A stretch of DNA of 61,757 nt, counting the filler, from Choristocarpus tenellus KU-1152 (taxonomy: Eukaryota; Protista; Phaeophyceae), in the NCBI GenBank assembly GCA_964200185.2. It is 12 parts of 12 records of this genome, joined end to end, with 100 filler letters (N's around TTAATTAATTAA, not from the genome) between each part and the next. Parts side by side here need not be neighbours in the genome. Positions count along the whole stretch, not along the records: positions 39,482 to 44,790 come from CAXNAD020011196.1; positions 44,891 to 47,830 come from CAXNAD020023498.1; positions 47,931 to 53,081 come from CAXNAD020011699.1; positions 53,182 to 56,122 come from CAXNAD020023492.1; 8 more parts are not named here. One strand, written 5' to 3'. This document shows positions 39,817 to 53,738 of this stretch, piece after piece. The notes beneath the pieces are model-generated. The model was not told where the DNA came from and searched no databases. It saw only the letters and a list, made by a program, of their open reading frames with translations. Numbering within the stretch: position 1 is the first letter of the stretch; the number at the start of each line of letters is the position of its first letter. The position numbers were made by a program, and so were the translations under genes.

Positions 39817-42800
39817 AGAAGGCAGATGAAGAGAGTCGAATATGCGTCAAATAACGATTGTCTAACTTTCAACACATCGAACTGAAAACAAATTCATGCC
39901 TCTCCACGTTCAAACAACCCAACCCCCTACAACTGCTACTTGGACGCAGTATGATCAAGGGAGGGCAGGGACAAGGACTAAGGCATAGTCACAGTTCTTG
40001 AGAATGTTCGGATACTTGAATCGCAACAGCTCTCTCCATTTACCTCCTCTCTATTGAACGGGAACACTATCACAACCCATGGGCATGACAACATAGGTTT
40101 GCTAAAAAAAGTATGAAAGCACCAAGGGTTCAAAATGATGCTACACCTTCTACTTCCAGCAACCCGAGTTTCCCCACTTGCAACATCATTTGTCAAAGGT
40201 AGAAAGAGACAGCACAAAGTTCTGTTACCCCCTGCACGTACTCTTTGCATTGCTACGGACTGGATATCTGTCAAGGACAGAACGTCTGCCACCAGTGATC
40301 GCACTAACTGAAAGGTAGGTTTTGTATTGCGCTGGGAAATAGCACCTGTACATGAAAATTGGGAATGGCGGGAAGGAAGAGAAAGAGGAAGAAGTCCAGG
40401 AAATGTTGTCCTATAATATTATGTATCTTCAACTTCCCCCCTCCTTCCACTGTCTGCACAACACAAACTTTGTTGCATTCAAAAACCATAATATATTCCA
40501 TACTCTGATACCCAACTCGCATCACACAAGCTCCACAGCACGTTTGTCTGCCTTGCAATACCTTGTCCTTCAATCTTTTTTTCACAAACCCCAAATCTCG
40601 CACTACTTTGGGAAGTCACCACCGTACCTATAACGACCAAAGTGCACATATGCGGAGAGTGTCCTCTGAGCTATCCTTCCTATGACAGCAAGGCTTTGAG
40701 AATGAGGGAGGGGGCTTAAAACAGCTCCCCCTGAGCACAGAGCACCAGGATTCGAAAAATACAAGACGACTGACTTGCACAGGTGGCCCGTCACAATATA
40801 TCTGACCCTTGTCCGCATATGTCACTCCCCACATGGTTGGCCTCAAAAGTGCTGACACATGTGTCCACCCTCTGATCTGCTTCTACTCTGGTCGCCAATC
40901 AGTGGGGAAATATTAGTGGTAGTTGTTACCTGTTCAGCAGGGAACACCAAGTTGCGATGCATGAGGCGGAAGGCTAGTGTTGCCTCAAACCATAACAAAT
41001 TGTCTATCAAGTCCTAACACTAGCTCTCTGTGTCTACCCCTGTACCAACTGTAAGTTTGGTGGTGAACGACAGCATACACACAGATGTTTCAGGTAAGAC
41101 ACCAGGCTATACGTGTCGTTGTTGTTGTTCGCAACCATAGTGCATGTCTCCACCAACATCTCACACACAAGGTATCCGATTCCCCATAGCAATCCCACAC
41201 ATTCTACATTATATCCACAGGTGGCACCAGGGCAAGGAATAATTGCCCAGTTATGGTGAGGAAAATATATGCATGTTGCAACTAGTGAATGGTGGGGGTG
41301 GGCAGTAGTTCCATAATCCCAACCTTCACTGCCCCTTGTCCTAATAATGCGCTGATGCGCAATCTAGCACTCATGGAGGCAGGCTAACTCTTGGCACAAG
41401 ATGCCGCCGTATTTCACGGATGTTACTGACCGCTTACTTGATTCAACCAATTACACACTATTAGAGGATCCCAGAATTTCGTAATAATTTGAGCGGCAAG
41501 GTACCGCTCAACACCCTCTTCCCTTCTTCTCTTCCCATAGTCTCATCATGTCCATCACAGCCACAGCATGGAACAGGTGTCTTCCCTTGCACCAAAAAAT
41601 GTTACGTCTTCCAATATCCCTCAACGACCCTGGGGGTAGAAATAATGTAGAGATAATCACAGAGAGTGTGCAAGCAGATTTGACATCAGCAGGGACCGAA
41701 AACGAGAGTATTTGGAGCTCCAAGACACGACAACATTGTAAAAAAGCACCCTTGGTACTCACAACCTTTTCTAGGAATGCACCCGAACTTTTGGCCCAAG
41801 CGTTTGTATGAAAATCTTAAGTAACCCAACAAACGAAGTGCTCGAGGCAAAGAGTCTAAATCTCAATTTGTGCACCATGAGTTTGGAGTGTGTTTCCAGC
41901 TTCGGCAGCCTTCTTCCTCTCCACTGAAAAGACCCTGATCGCGAAGAAAAAGAAGTATCATACCCTAAGTAAATGGTACTTGCCTAAAGACAGCAACTCT
42001 TGATTTTGGCAGACTTCACCAACAGTGTGGAGTTTGCCAACCTGATAATCACAATCTCCACCGGTCATCAGGCTATCTTTCATCTCAGGCACCGTGTATG
42101 TCCATCAGCACCATCTAGACTTGTGGATTAGAGTTACACATCCCGAGGAGGTAAGCTATGGAGCGTTTTGTAAGATGGTGACCTTACCTTGTCTCTTCAA
42201 ACTGGAGAGAATACTCAGTTCTCACCTCGTCACATGGCATTTTTGTTTAGCTCCTTAATATGGTCTGGATATATTCTTCATGGTTTCGTTGACTCCTTGG
42301 GTTGTCCTGTATTGCCTCATCGTCTACCTCCTTCCGACCAGGAGGAAAGGGCCTGCATGGTGGCATCTGTGTCTCCAAAAAAGGAACTATACACACCTAG
42401 GCTGAAAACGGGTAGTCCTGGACCCCTATGTTGTGGGACGTTGCTTAGGTAGCTCCTTCTCACCATTCATACACTTTCATTCCTGGGTCTTGCTTCACAT
42501 TGTTCATCCTTATTTCTCAGGTCTGCAGACATGCCTCACTCACATAGTCTATGGGGAATCAATGATCCGAAGAGGTACCATCACAGCATCTCACCTCGCG
42601 GGATACCCTGCAGCAGCCACAGCCATTCCCCTGAGTGCAAAAGCATGTCAAACAAGCGTGTCCGTTTCCGTTCTTCCACCATTGGCAGATTCTGTTCCAG
42701 ATTAAGATCTCGAGACAACCTCTTCAACCGAGACCCGTGGAAGAGGAGAAACTAGCACGGAGGCTGAACCCTTTCACTAGGACATCATAGCCAGGCCAGA

Positions 42801-43326
42801 TATCCTCATCAAACAGGCCTATCCCACCAAGGGCCACACAGAGAGAAAGTGTATGGTTATGGTACATCATCACAGGGAGGTAGAAGCACAGCTCAGAACC
42901 AAAAATAGAGAACTAGGCAAACAGGCAGAGTTAAATCAGTCCAGACTTGGCATACACAAGAGAGATAGAACCAATCACAGCCTAGACATGCGCTTGTAAA
43001 AACATAGGCTACAAATCTTTTTTGTCATTGATACGATACAGTATTACCAGTTCATACTGACTGTTGATTCGCACATTGGTACTGATCATTACTCACATTT
43101 ACACCAGTGGTCACTCATTTTATAATCATCAATTCATGGTGCATAGCGAGTACGGAACAATCGGCATCTATCAAACATACAAGCATAGTATGTGCCATAT
43201 GAGTTGTCCCAGATATTGTTTAAAATTTATTTCTTTGTTTTTTGATCTTCACATCAGAACCACCAGTTGTATCTCGTATGTTGATTATTCTTTTTTCTTA
43301 GGTTGGCCTTGCCCCCACTTAGACCT

Positions 43327-43503
43327 GAGTCAAAGTATCTGTGGGGGGGTGGCGGCTGTCCATTTGGGACCAAGTTTTTCATGTTGCGATTTTTGGGTAA
43401 TTTGGTTCCATACGTTGGATGGATAATGAAAGTGCACTTTTCCTGGTTTTGGTTCAAATGGACACTCTGGTGTAGACCTCCCCCCCCCCAGATACTTTGG
43501 GTC
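43327..43503 (-). mobile_element. MITE family A
   Basis: TIRs GAGTCAAAGTATCT / AGATACTTTGGGTC; TSD ACCT/ACCT. Confidence 0.92.
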
Positions 43504-43512
43504 ACCTCGAGT

Positions 43513-44079
43513 TCACTCTGCACTAAATGTACCTGACACACAACTGGATGCAATATATTCAGAGTTAAAACATCCATAAAACCCTTCTTCACAAGGTGAC
43601 AAGCCTCTACACAGAGCATGAATATCTTCCTTTGAATGTACCACGGAATACCCTACATCGTTGTACCAGATAACCTCTGACTGTGCAAAGCATGCCACTA
43701 GATTTAGCAGCATGAATTCAAGATAACTCAGCCCCAACTGGTCTAACAATCCTGTTTTCTTCGCTGATGCTCTCACCAATACTCTTGGGAGAGTTGAAGG
43801 AGGAACGTAGACCTTACTGAGAGATCGCTCCTGCAACCATAACGCGTAACATCCACACAGTCATAACCTAACACCTCTCTGTATCGTGCTTCTCGAGCAA
43901 CTATTGTCTGATTCTCTTAGGACATACAGCGATCTTCTGCACAACTCTTCTACAATTGAGATCCCAAACTCACAGGGCACCTCTTACAGGCTCCTCGAGA
44001 CGACATAACTGCAACCGAGTGGGTCCTCATTTTGGTGAAAAAAAGCAACCTTTCGTATAACCAGTAACCCAAAGTATCT

Positions 44080-44118
<39 letters not shown>

Positions 44119-44790
44119 CTACACCAGGGTGTCCATTTGGACCAAAATTAGGAGAAGTGAATTTACATTACCCGTCCGATGTATGCACCCAAATCACCCA
44201 AAAATCGCGACATGAAAAAATTGACCCCGAATGGACAGCCAGCCACCACCCCCAGATACTTTGGGCCAGTCAAAAACGTGGTAAAGGCAGCCATGAGTTG
44301 TTTGAAGACAGTGAAAGGGGACTCATAGAAGAGTGCGGCCAACCGTCCGGTTTTACACTACTGTGCATTTACTGTGAACTCACGGATGCGTCATATTTGT
44401 GAAGCTCCTTGTTTTTGGAGAACATAGGTGAGGATCAACTCATCGATTTGTGCGAACAAGCCCTCCCAATTCTTCTCCCCAATGTCCTAGACCAGGTCGG
44501 AGTTCAAAGCATGGCATTCTGCTTCCGAGAAGACGTTAGAACCCAAATTCGTCCACTGGCAATTTCCCTGAATCATCCTTTGGGAAACGAAATAGTGCAG
44601 CAGAGAACCAAAGCTGAACGGATTTTTGATGGTTTGATCGAGGAACTGTCCAACAGGAACGACCAATACACATTTGTCTCTTCCAACCCAAGTGTTACCA
44701 AAACTGAGTGGCATAGGGGTAAGAGTCACACTGCACTGGGTAGCATGGCAGACGCATGAGAATATTTGCCAGCATGTCTCATCCTTTGGC
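43513..44790 (-). pseudogene. Degraded coding sequence of unknown family, interrupted by a MITE
   Basis: Long protein-like frames (KCVLVVPVGQFLDQ...DLV*DIGEKNWEGLFAQIDELIL...) with scattered stops. Confidence 0.3.
44066..44267 (+). mobile_element. MITE family A with expanded poly-G tract
   Basis: Both TIRs present; flanking CAGT on both sides (off by one base at the right end). Confidence 0.88.
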
Positions 44791-46355
44791 NNNNNNNNNN
44801 NNNNNNNNNNNNNNNNNNNNNNNNNNNNNNNNNNTTAATTAATTAANNNNNNNNNNNNNNNNNNNNNNNNNNNNNNNNNNNNNNNNNNNNGGGGATAAGA
44901 AGAGGGGGGGAAGGGGGGGGGGAGGATGGGGGGCGGGGGAAGGCGAAGATATTCCAATCAGGGGGGTGGGGGAGAACGCATATCAGATCGACCAGAAATA
45001 GACATGTGGTGATTTCTTTTTGAAGTGCGTCCTTTTATTGTTTTGAGAGAGAGAGAGAGTGTGTGTGTGTGGTTGTGATCACAATCTTCACATGAAATCC
45101 AAGTGACTAGTGTCCTTGATTGGCATGCCAATACATCGCGGCTGTGTTGTACTCTGGGTTAGGGGCTTCTTCTTGTTTCCGGAAATTGGGGTGAAGAGCA
45201 TTGTTTCCATTGCACCTTGCAAGCAAATGCCTATATTTGTGGTCATTCGTGGAGTAACAGCAGCTAACAAATTGGAATTTGGGGGAGTGAGACTGTAAGA
45301 ACAATATAGGCATGTTCCTAAATAGTTTAAAGGACTTGAAAAGTTGCATTGCCCACACCAGCATCACTCTGCCCCAACCTACGTGGACGGTGTGTATAGG
45401 TAGCATCTCTTCTGCAATGGATGGCATTGCCTCTTAACATCACACGATACCAAGACCTCGATGCGTGAATGGACTTACAATCATTTGATACAGACTGATT
45501 CATGTCACAATTGAGTACCTCATACAGAACCTCCTCGTTTGTTCCTGGGTTTTGATATTGCTGTTAATATGTAAAAGAAGTGTTACTAATGCTGTGGAAT
45601 ACGTCAAAGCACTGTTTACAACCCTAACACATTGTCAGGAGTCAGGGCAAAGATACGCGATCTGTCACTGCATAGAATGGGCCCAGTGTCTGTCCTTCAC
45701 AAAAGAAAATGAGAGAGATCAATCCCCTTGTGTATCCCATGTACTGGTTTGTTTTTGATTGAAGCAACAGTACATAGAAGTCTCGAGTTTTCCCTGTTGA
45801 AGTTGTGTAAGTTGGTGCAAATTTACCTCGTTACAGGATTAACACATTTTTTAGCCTTATCTAATCTAGAGAATCATGCCGAAGGGGTTCCTTGCACCAT
45901 ATGTGGTTACTTGATTGACGTGGCTAGAAAGGTTCATGAGGTAGAGGATAAGGAGGGACTATTTGCAATGAGGGGCTGTATGTTATTTACATGTTTGAAG
46001 CTTGGGTGAACAGACTTTGTTCATGTGAGAAAGAAGAATACGACTATTTTCAATTTCTTATCTACTATTGATCGTCGCCTGGGGAATTGGGGAGAGTCAC
46101 AATAGGAAATGAAAGAGCTTCACTAGTGCAGCAGGATGTCCTTTAAAGTGAATGAGCCTTTTTGGGACCGTGTGCACGGGTGGTTGAGAAAGTGAGAAGC
46201 AACATAGTGCAGAAACTTCAGGAATAGGCAGTCCCATCTTTTTGCTTGAGGTGCTTTTCTTGTCTCAAATTAGCGACTTCTTCAAATAATATTTTAGGTA
46301 ATAGTGCACCAAATCACAGAGGAATAACACAACACCCTCAACCTCATTCTCTTCC

Positions 46356-46531
46356 GGCTCAAAATATCTGGGGGGGTGGCGGCTGTCCATTTGGGGTCAA
46401 TTTTTCTCATGTCGCGATTTTTGGGTGATTTGGTTGCATGCGTTGGATGGATAACATAAATGCACTTTTCCTGATTCTGGCCCAAATAGACACCCTGGTG
46501 TAGACCTCCCCCCCCCCATATATTTTGGGTC
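46356..46531 (-). mobile_element. MITE family A
   Basis: Both TIRs; TSD TTCC/TTCC. Confidence 0.92.
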
Positions 46532-47930
46532 TTCCGTGAAAAATATCAACAGCTATTGTCGATGAAAGGGAACCTGGAGGTCAACCGCTACAACTAGGGC
46601 ACTGTGGGTGGAGAAGAGGCCATCATTGGATGGGCGCATGGGGTGGCAGTGGATTAACATCGGCGGTTGAGGGGAAAAGGGAAGGCGATGACAAGCTCCA
46701 GCCAAGGGCACCCCTTACGCCCAATGGTTCTTCCCTTTCACCTCAGCATCCAATGCGAAAAACCCAGGATGTTTCCCTCCACGCAATAAGTGTTCCAGTG
46801 TTTTTGACTAGGGCGGATTTGCTCCGCAAGATGCACCATTATTGATACAGGGGTTGGAACAGCCACCATGACCTTCCATGCAATCTACTCCGTAATAATG
46901 TGATGTGCAAAGTAAATACTCATCATGTCCTACACCCTGAGTGTCCTTGATGATATTAGTCCGATAGCAAGTTGGCTCTCGTTCATAAAGTGGTGAGTGA
47001 AGCACGATTATTATGGTCTTGAAACGTAGAAGGCAATTTTTTTATTCCATTCTCCACCTCTCTCTACTAGAATCTCTTGAACACATGAAATAAATCCAGT
47101 TTCATATTTCTTGGATTTTCACATATATTAATATATTTCGTTCGAATGAGGAGATTGGCGCTTCGAGGTCGTCAATTCGTCTGTTCGATGTTGGGTTTCA
47201 TATCGAAATGATCAGTTTTCTTATCCGTTCAACTAAAATATTGAAGGATACTCATAATCCACGTAAGTTACCCTTAAGATTCACCAAACAAACACTAATC
47301 TACCCATATCAACTACAGTGTTACCTACTAGTTATATTTTATTCCTGTTGTTGTGTTGTCATAGTATACAACTACAAAAAACGGATCTTTTGTCCCTTGT
47401 ATATACATTCCTTCCACTTCCAAAATGTATATTCAGAATATTATTGAATGAAAAGAAAATATTGACTCAATTAACCGACAAAATTAAAACACAATACTTA
47501 AATTACCAATATTTCTAACATACAATTCAAATTACTTATTCAGTTCGAGATTTTAGATCTTCCATCATTACCGTTGCATATTGTCTTGATCCCATTACAA
47601 TATACTACTAATAATATGTAACTTATCATAAGATCGATCTTCACACTTCTTTATAGTTCAGACTGACCAATACAAATATCAGATCATTTCAATAATATAG
47701 CATTGGATGGTCCGCCAGAGGTGCTATATATTATTACTACTTCACAAATTATTCAAAACGTATGTGGAAAGCATGTTTGTCTGTTATTATACCGTATTGC
47801 TCGTATGACATATATCGTTATACCGTGGTANNNNNNNNNNNNNNNNNNNNNNNNNNNNNNNNNNNNNNNNNNNNTTAATTAATTAANNNNNNNNNNNNNN
47901 NNNNNNNNNNNNNNNNNNNNNNNNNNNNNN

Positions 47931-47951
47931 CCCCCCCAGATACTTTGAGCC
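47931..47951 (+). mobile_element. MITE family A right terminus at contig start
   Basis: CCCCCCCAGATACTTTGAGCC. Confidence 0.75.
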
Positions 47952-48703
47952 AGCTGTTTGGCTATGTAACAGACTCTCCCGATACCCCTTCATCCGAGTT
48001 GGGGGTTGCAACCTGCTCTAAATATGCTGGCAGGTACCAAGTCCTTAGACTCCTTGTCCCTCTCTCCAGGACATTCCATAAGGAGCTCTGAAGAAAGAAA
48101 ATAATCAACACATGATATACAACTGATGGCTTCTTGTGAGAAGAAGAGAGGGAAAAACAAAAAAGAAACAAGAAGACAAACTTGAAGCAATATTTGAGGG
48201 AACTGATGTGACGCGTATTATGCCTGTATGTGTGATAGGTAACGAGTGTTCTGATGCTTCCTATGTACTCTGGCGTGACTGTGGCAAGTGGTCATTGAAC
48301 TGAAGATCAAGGCACCTCAGAACATTGGATGGCCAGCTTTAGTGTTTCTTCTTCTTTGACATAGTTCCACTCTTTGTCTCACCTGGTTCACACATAGTCC
48401 TGCTGTTGATGCCAATCTGAATGGCTCAGATCTCTGAATGTGGGTGGCAACAACAGGCACTGGGTTGCATTGACGAGGACAACAGTGAGGATATAGGATC
48501 AGGAGAAGAGATGAAGATCAAACCAGATCAAAGGTCTAGACCATCCTCAAAGTGGCGTGCACAACTACACAATCAAGGTTCCCACAAACAAACCTACACA
48601 AGAAGGAACAACAAATAGTCTGCTCAAGTGTGATGGTTAAGGTGGGAGAACTGAATGAGCCAACAAATGAGAATCACACGAGGTGACATCAGACAAACAA
48701 GAA

Positions 48704-48985
48704 TTACTTGAGAGGATCCAAGACAGGGCCGTCGTCAATCTCAACAAACCCAGCTCGAGCATGATGCCTGAGCTGGGAGACCTGAACAAGAGCTGAGGGA
48801 GGTGAACAAGAACTGAGGGAGGTGAACAAGAACTGGGGATCTGTTGGATGATTAGGAGAGCTGAGACCGCAAGAAATCCGACAGGCAGGAAGAAACCTCA
48901 GTTGGACTATCAATCCAAGAAATGCCACCAAAAGTGACCCTCGAACATGTTAAACCGGAAAGACCCTCCTGCAGAGGTTTCGCTC
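48704..48985 (-). pseudogene. Possible decayed light-harvesting (LHC/FCP-like) fragment
   Basis: *HVRGSLLVAFLGLIVQ..LP...P.ALVQV...AGFVE resembles the helix 1 (KHGRxAMLAFLGxIVQ) to helix 2 region; contains a 20-bp tandem duplication. Confidence 0.3.
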
Positions 48986-50337
48986 GGACCTCTCATACAT
49001 AATGCTCTGTAAAATAGATATTTAAAAAGTATATTCTACTAAGTAGACCTATGATAACAATTTCATAACTTGTTTATTGTTAATTATAATAGTTTATTGT
49101 TATATATTATATTAATGTTGAAGGATTCCATACTACTTGAAAAAAAGGTAACAAAGCAAAAAAAAGCATTTGAAGAGAAGAAAATAAAAGGAAAAATGAT
49201 CGAACTCGTAGGAGGTAAGCGCCATCACTTAAGAAAACATAAGGGAAAGAGAAGAAAGAAACTGAATAGACGATGCGGTTGAATATGACTATAAAAATAC
49301 AGCATTAAACAGACAGTGATGGTGGTGGAGGCATTAACCATTTGAGAGACCTTAGTGCCTACTTTGGTATTACATACAATAGATATACCAGCTTCCTTGG
49401 AATGCCATTTTCAGTCATGAACCTTATTGTGCCACTAGCCATACACTATACAATCCTGATTGGTATTGACCTTTGAGCCCCAACCCTCAACTCTAATCCC
49501 AAATTTGTTATGATCATATTTTGGAGACATGTCCACAAGTTCTCCTGTACACCATACGCTTCTGTTTTCCATACGCAAGCTTCCCAAACATCAACATCTT
49601 GGGGAGTCGCACATCCCCCATGTGAGGAACTGACCAAGCAAACAGGAGCCTCCGCTTGCACACCATTGCACCTAGTGTTCATAAGAGTATATTTTTAGGA
49701 GAGGACGTTATCAATGCGTTCTTGTTTGTGGAAACCTATGTGGCGGAAGCGGAAATTGTGGTGGTGGGAGTGGAGCTTCAGACAATATGATTCTGGTGTA
49801 GTGTCTCTATGTCATACAACCATAGAACAGAACTCTAGGTACTTCGCCTTTGGGCATTCGAGTCTTAAGCTCAAGTTAGGCACCTGAGGTCCTGTCCTAA
49901 ATAACTTGGATTCATTTGCGAAAACAACTCAAGTCTTCTGAATCCTCCGGCTGATATCAGCAATAATAGCGGCATCACTGATGGTTTCCTACCGGTAAAC
50001 AAACTCAGCAGTCTGCTTATGGATCTGGTTGAATGCCTGAATCTTAGGAGTACAAAGGCACATAATCTCCGCATTCAAATGCCAATGCAGACAGATCACA
50101 TGATGTGACTACCTGGTTGAATAGCCTAAGAGAAAGCCATATGGTTCCAAGGAACTATAGAAGTAGTGTAGATTTAAGCCTGTATTACATACTTCGAAGT
50201 ATATTACACCATTGATAACGTATTAATCAACCTGATGTTGGTGTGCCCAGGCGCTCCCACTCATATTAATTCTAACCCTGCCCCTAACCCTTAAAAATGT
50301 AAAAGAGTGTAACATATCGGACTAATAATATAGGAAC

Positions 50338-50913
50338 GCAGAAGTGCAGGCAGCATCTCACCCGGTACACTCCAGCAACGGTTAGCTGCTGCTGCAGCTG
50401 AGGCGCGAAAGTGCAGCCATTACGAGGGGCCTTTGATCCCCGTAGTTATATCCTCAACACCTTGGTGGTAGAAAGTTTTAGATGCCTCAGTAATCAAGCA
50501 GAATATTTTCTGGACGAGCTAGCTACGCCCGCAGTAGGGGGGAGAGGAACTGGAGGCTACAACAGGAAAGGGGCGGTCAAATACCGCCCACAACAAGTAG
50601 GCTCTGTTACAACACAAGTGACCCTGTCTGGATGTGTCATGTGTTTTAAGCTGGAGACACCAGGGAGATGGGCAAGGAGGGGCCTGTTAGATTCTTGCGA
50701 TGCTTCCCTAGCTCTTCAACCTGGGGTGCAGGAATAAGCTAGGTTGGAGGCACAGGAAGGCAGTGATACAGCATAGCTGCTAGTACAACAGCAAATAGAC
50801 TAATGTTTTTCACATTTATGACAACTGTTACTTTTTTAGGGATTTTTCTGACATGTGAATAGTTTTCATTGGTTTTTCATCTGACAGATCTCCAAAATGT
50901 CAGAGGGCATAAT
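50338..50913 (+). mobile_element. 5'-truncated RLE-type non-LTR retrotransposon: endonuclease C-terminus, 3' UTR and TAA tail
   Basis: AEVQAASH..AAAAAEARKCSHY/FDPRSYILNTLVVESF..L...AEYFLDELA; ends GGGCATAAT; candidate TSD ACTAATAATA (50321) / ACTAAAAATA (50914). Confidence 0.7.
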
Positions 50914-51132
50914 ACTAAAAATAATAATTTAATGTGTGTGGGGGTAACCCTACAAACCGGGGCACCTGTGTGCCCGCAAAACCACTCGCCGTAATATAAA
51001 TGAAACACAATACTAGAAATAGGTAGCCACCTTTCATCTCCTAGCAAAGGGTCACAAAATCAGATACAGGATACACTTGTAACACAAATTGAGTTATACA
51101 TATTGGGGTGAGAGGGTGAAGAATGAAGTGGA

Positions 51133-51309
51133 GACCCAAAGTGTCTGGGGGTCGGGGGCGGTCTACACCAGGGTGTCTATTTGGGAAAAAACCAGGAAAA
51201 AGTACTTACGTTATCCATTCGAAGTATGCAACCAAATCACCCAAAAATCGCGACATGAAAAAATTGACCTCAAATGGACAGCAGCCACCTCCCCCAGATA
51301 CTTTGAACC
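51133..51309 (+). mobile_element. MITE family A
   Basis: Both TIRs; TSD TGGA/TGAA. Confidence 0.88.
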
Positions 51310-53697
51310 TGAACAGTAGATAACACAGAAAAATTTGTGAAGACTTTGGAATATGGTTTGTCATATTATAAGGAGTTGCACAGTCTATGCGTGTTATCTT
51401 CTACGTGAATGTGGCGATGGGGTGCTACTTTATTCAAGTTACGCTCCATGACAATATTTCCACGCAAAATGGTCGGTTTATAATAATAGTGCACTATTAA
51501 TTGTATTTTAGGATGTAAGTACACAATATATTTGTGACGTTTGTGTTGTTATCGCATACCTTAGTAGTGATAGTCCACCTGCACGCATTTCCATTGTTTC
51601 TTAGAATGCCCAGGTTCAAAATCGGTAGAGGTCAGACTTTCTTCACCACGGAATCTGACTTCGATGCACCACGTGGCATGCATGGCGGTACGGAGTATGA
51701 TACATCTGTACCCTCCTTTTTCTCTCCTAAAAGCTCTACACCACATGAAAGAGAATACAGAAGACCCGAGTCGGTGTGGTGGCAAGGCTTCATTGTGCCA
51801 GGGCGACTACTCCACAATATTCTAGGGGAGGGAAGCAGGGGTGATGAGGAGCGGGACTTGATTCCAAGACGCAAAAAAAGTAAGAAAAAGCTTGAAAGAA
51901 GAAACGTGTAGTGCTTCTGACCACAGATCAGGGCAAGTTAGGCTCGAGCCATTGGTTTCAAGAACTCAGACTGTAGTTGAGCCAATATTATCCTAAAGGT
52001 ATCACTGCGGTCGTATCTATCGCTTGGTGCAAAGCAATTGGATATTTATTCCCACCATCAAGCACCCCCCCCTTCCCTTCAACCTAATAGTGAAACAATG
52101 TCTAGGCTAATGTTATTAAGAGTATGGTTGGCCCAGAATGCGATCTGTTCTTCACCAGTCTGGCAGGGGCATTGTGTTACAGGGTGGAAGTCTTGGTAGG
52201 ACCTCCATGTTACAGCGTGCCCCGGCCAGAACTCACCTCCACAGGATATGCAATTCAAATCCAACGACCTTAAAACGACACTATGGGAACGTTGCCCTTG
52301 ATAACAGTTTGTAGGGTGTCAGGTATCCTTCTCTCTTGATATTCCACTCAGCGCTTAGCTCAAGGCTCGACTAAAAGTTTCGTTCAAGATATAGAAAAGG
52401 ACTGGTAGGTAAGAGGGGTCAAGGTGTTTTACCGAAAGCCCTCTCATTATTTTCATCATCCACCCAACTTCTTTGGTCTTCTATGCAACTGCTCTACACG
52501 TACTCCAATCATAAACCTTTATTCTGCAACTTCTTAGGGACTTTGACGTTTTCTTCTGTAATGCTATATATGCATTACGAATCTTACTCTGTATCTTCTA
52601 CGAAATAATCATTTATTCTGTAAGGCTATGTATGTGGTACTAATATCGTATATTGTTCGCACTTGTCAGAACTCGAGAAACAATCCTCACACTATACGTC
52701 TACAAACGTTCGTGTTTGCTAAAATATGACAAGAAATGCTCATGCTATTCGCGTGTAACTAAAGCTCGCACTTCATTGGAACACAAGAAGAATGCTCGCG
52801 TTATTCGCCTGTAACAATTGTTCATGATGACTTCGAGATTTACTCCAGGTAGTAGACAATTCTCTGTTAGATCCTTTGAAGGCCAAAGTTACGCACAGAC
52901 TCCACACCAACATATATATTCATCTATATATGTTTAGCTCGATGATAATTTTTTCACAGGAAGGCACAGACCCCGCTCATAAAGCCCATCCCTTCTACTC
53001 AGGTACTGTTACAGGCGCCCCTCAATGCTCACCTTCCAGGATGTACAACTCAAATCCAACGACCTCAAAACGATGCTATGGNNNNNNNNNNNNNNNNNNN
53101 NNNNNNNNNNNNNNNNNNNNNNNNNTTAATTAATTAANNNNNNNNNNNNNNNNNNNNNNNNNNNNNNNNNNNNNNNNNNNNGGATACTTTAACACAATAC
53201 ATTGGACCTTAGGTTTTCACCCATCACTTCATCATGTCTCCACGAGGAGATGCACCCCGACTAGACACAATCCCGAATTAGTCCCGATTTCTGCTGGCCA
53301 AGAAATCAGATTCTCGCGGCAATTGTCTATATAATACAATATATAATTTAAAAAAAAAAAAAAAATTGCTAAGAGTTTTAAAGAGAGAGCTCAATTTACC
53401 TCACCTCGACACAAGTAGTTTAGTTTGTTAAAATAAAATAAAATGAATATGTGACCCATGCTGGTCTCTCTCGTATATGTTGTGTGGATTGTGTGATTCT
53501 GTGGGAGTTCCAAGTCTGTGGGATTGGCCTTGTGTGAAGAGATTGCGTGGTTTGATTCTGACGTAAGATTCACCAGTGTAATCATGGATGTTTGATGAGG
53601 AACCTCAATCGTTATAACGGTATAATGGTATAATGGTATATATATATATGTATCGCACGGCAATAAGAATGGTATAACAACAGACAAGCATGCTTTC

Positions 53698-53738
<41 letters not shown>

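Noticed and set aside
50271-50292. Telomeric repeat (CTAACCC)
   Set aside because: Only two non-adjacent units.
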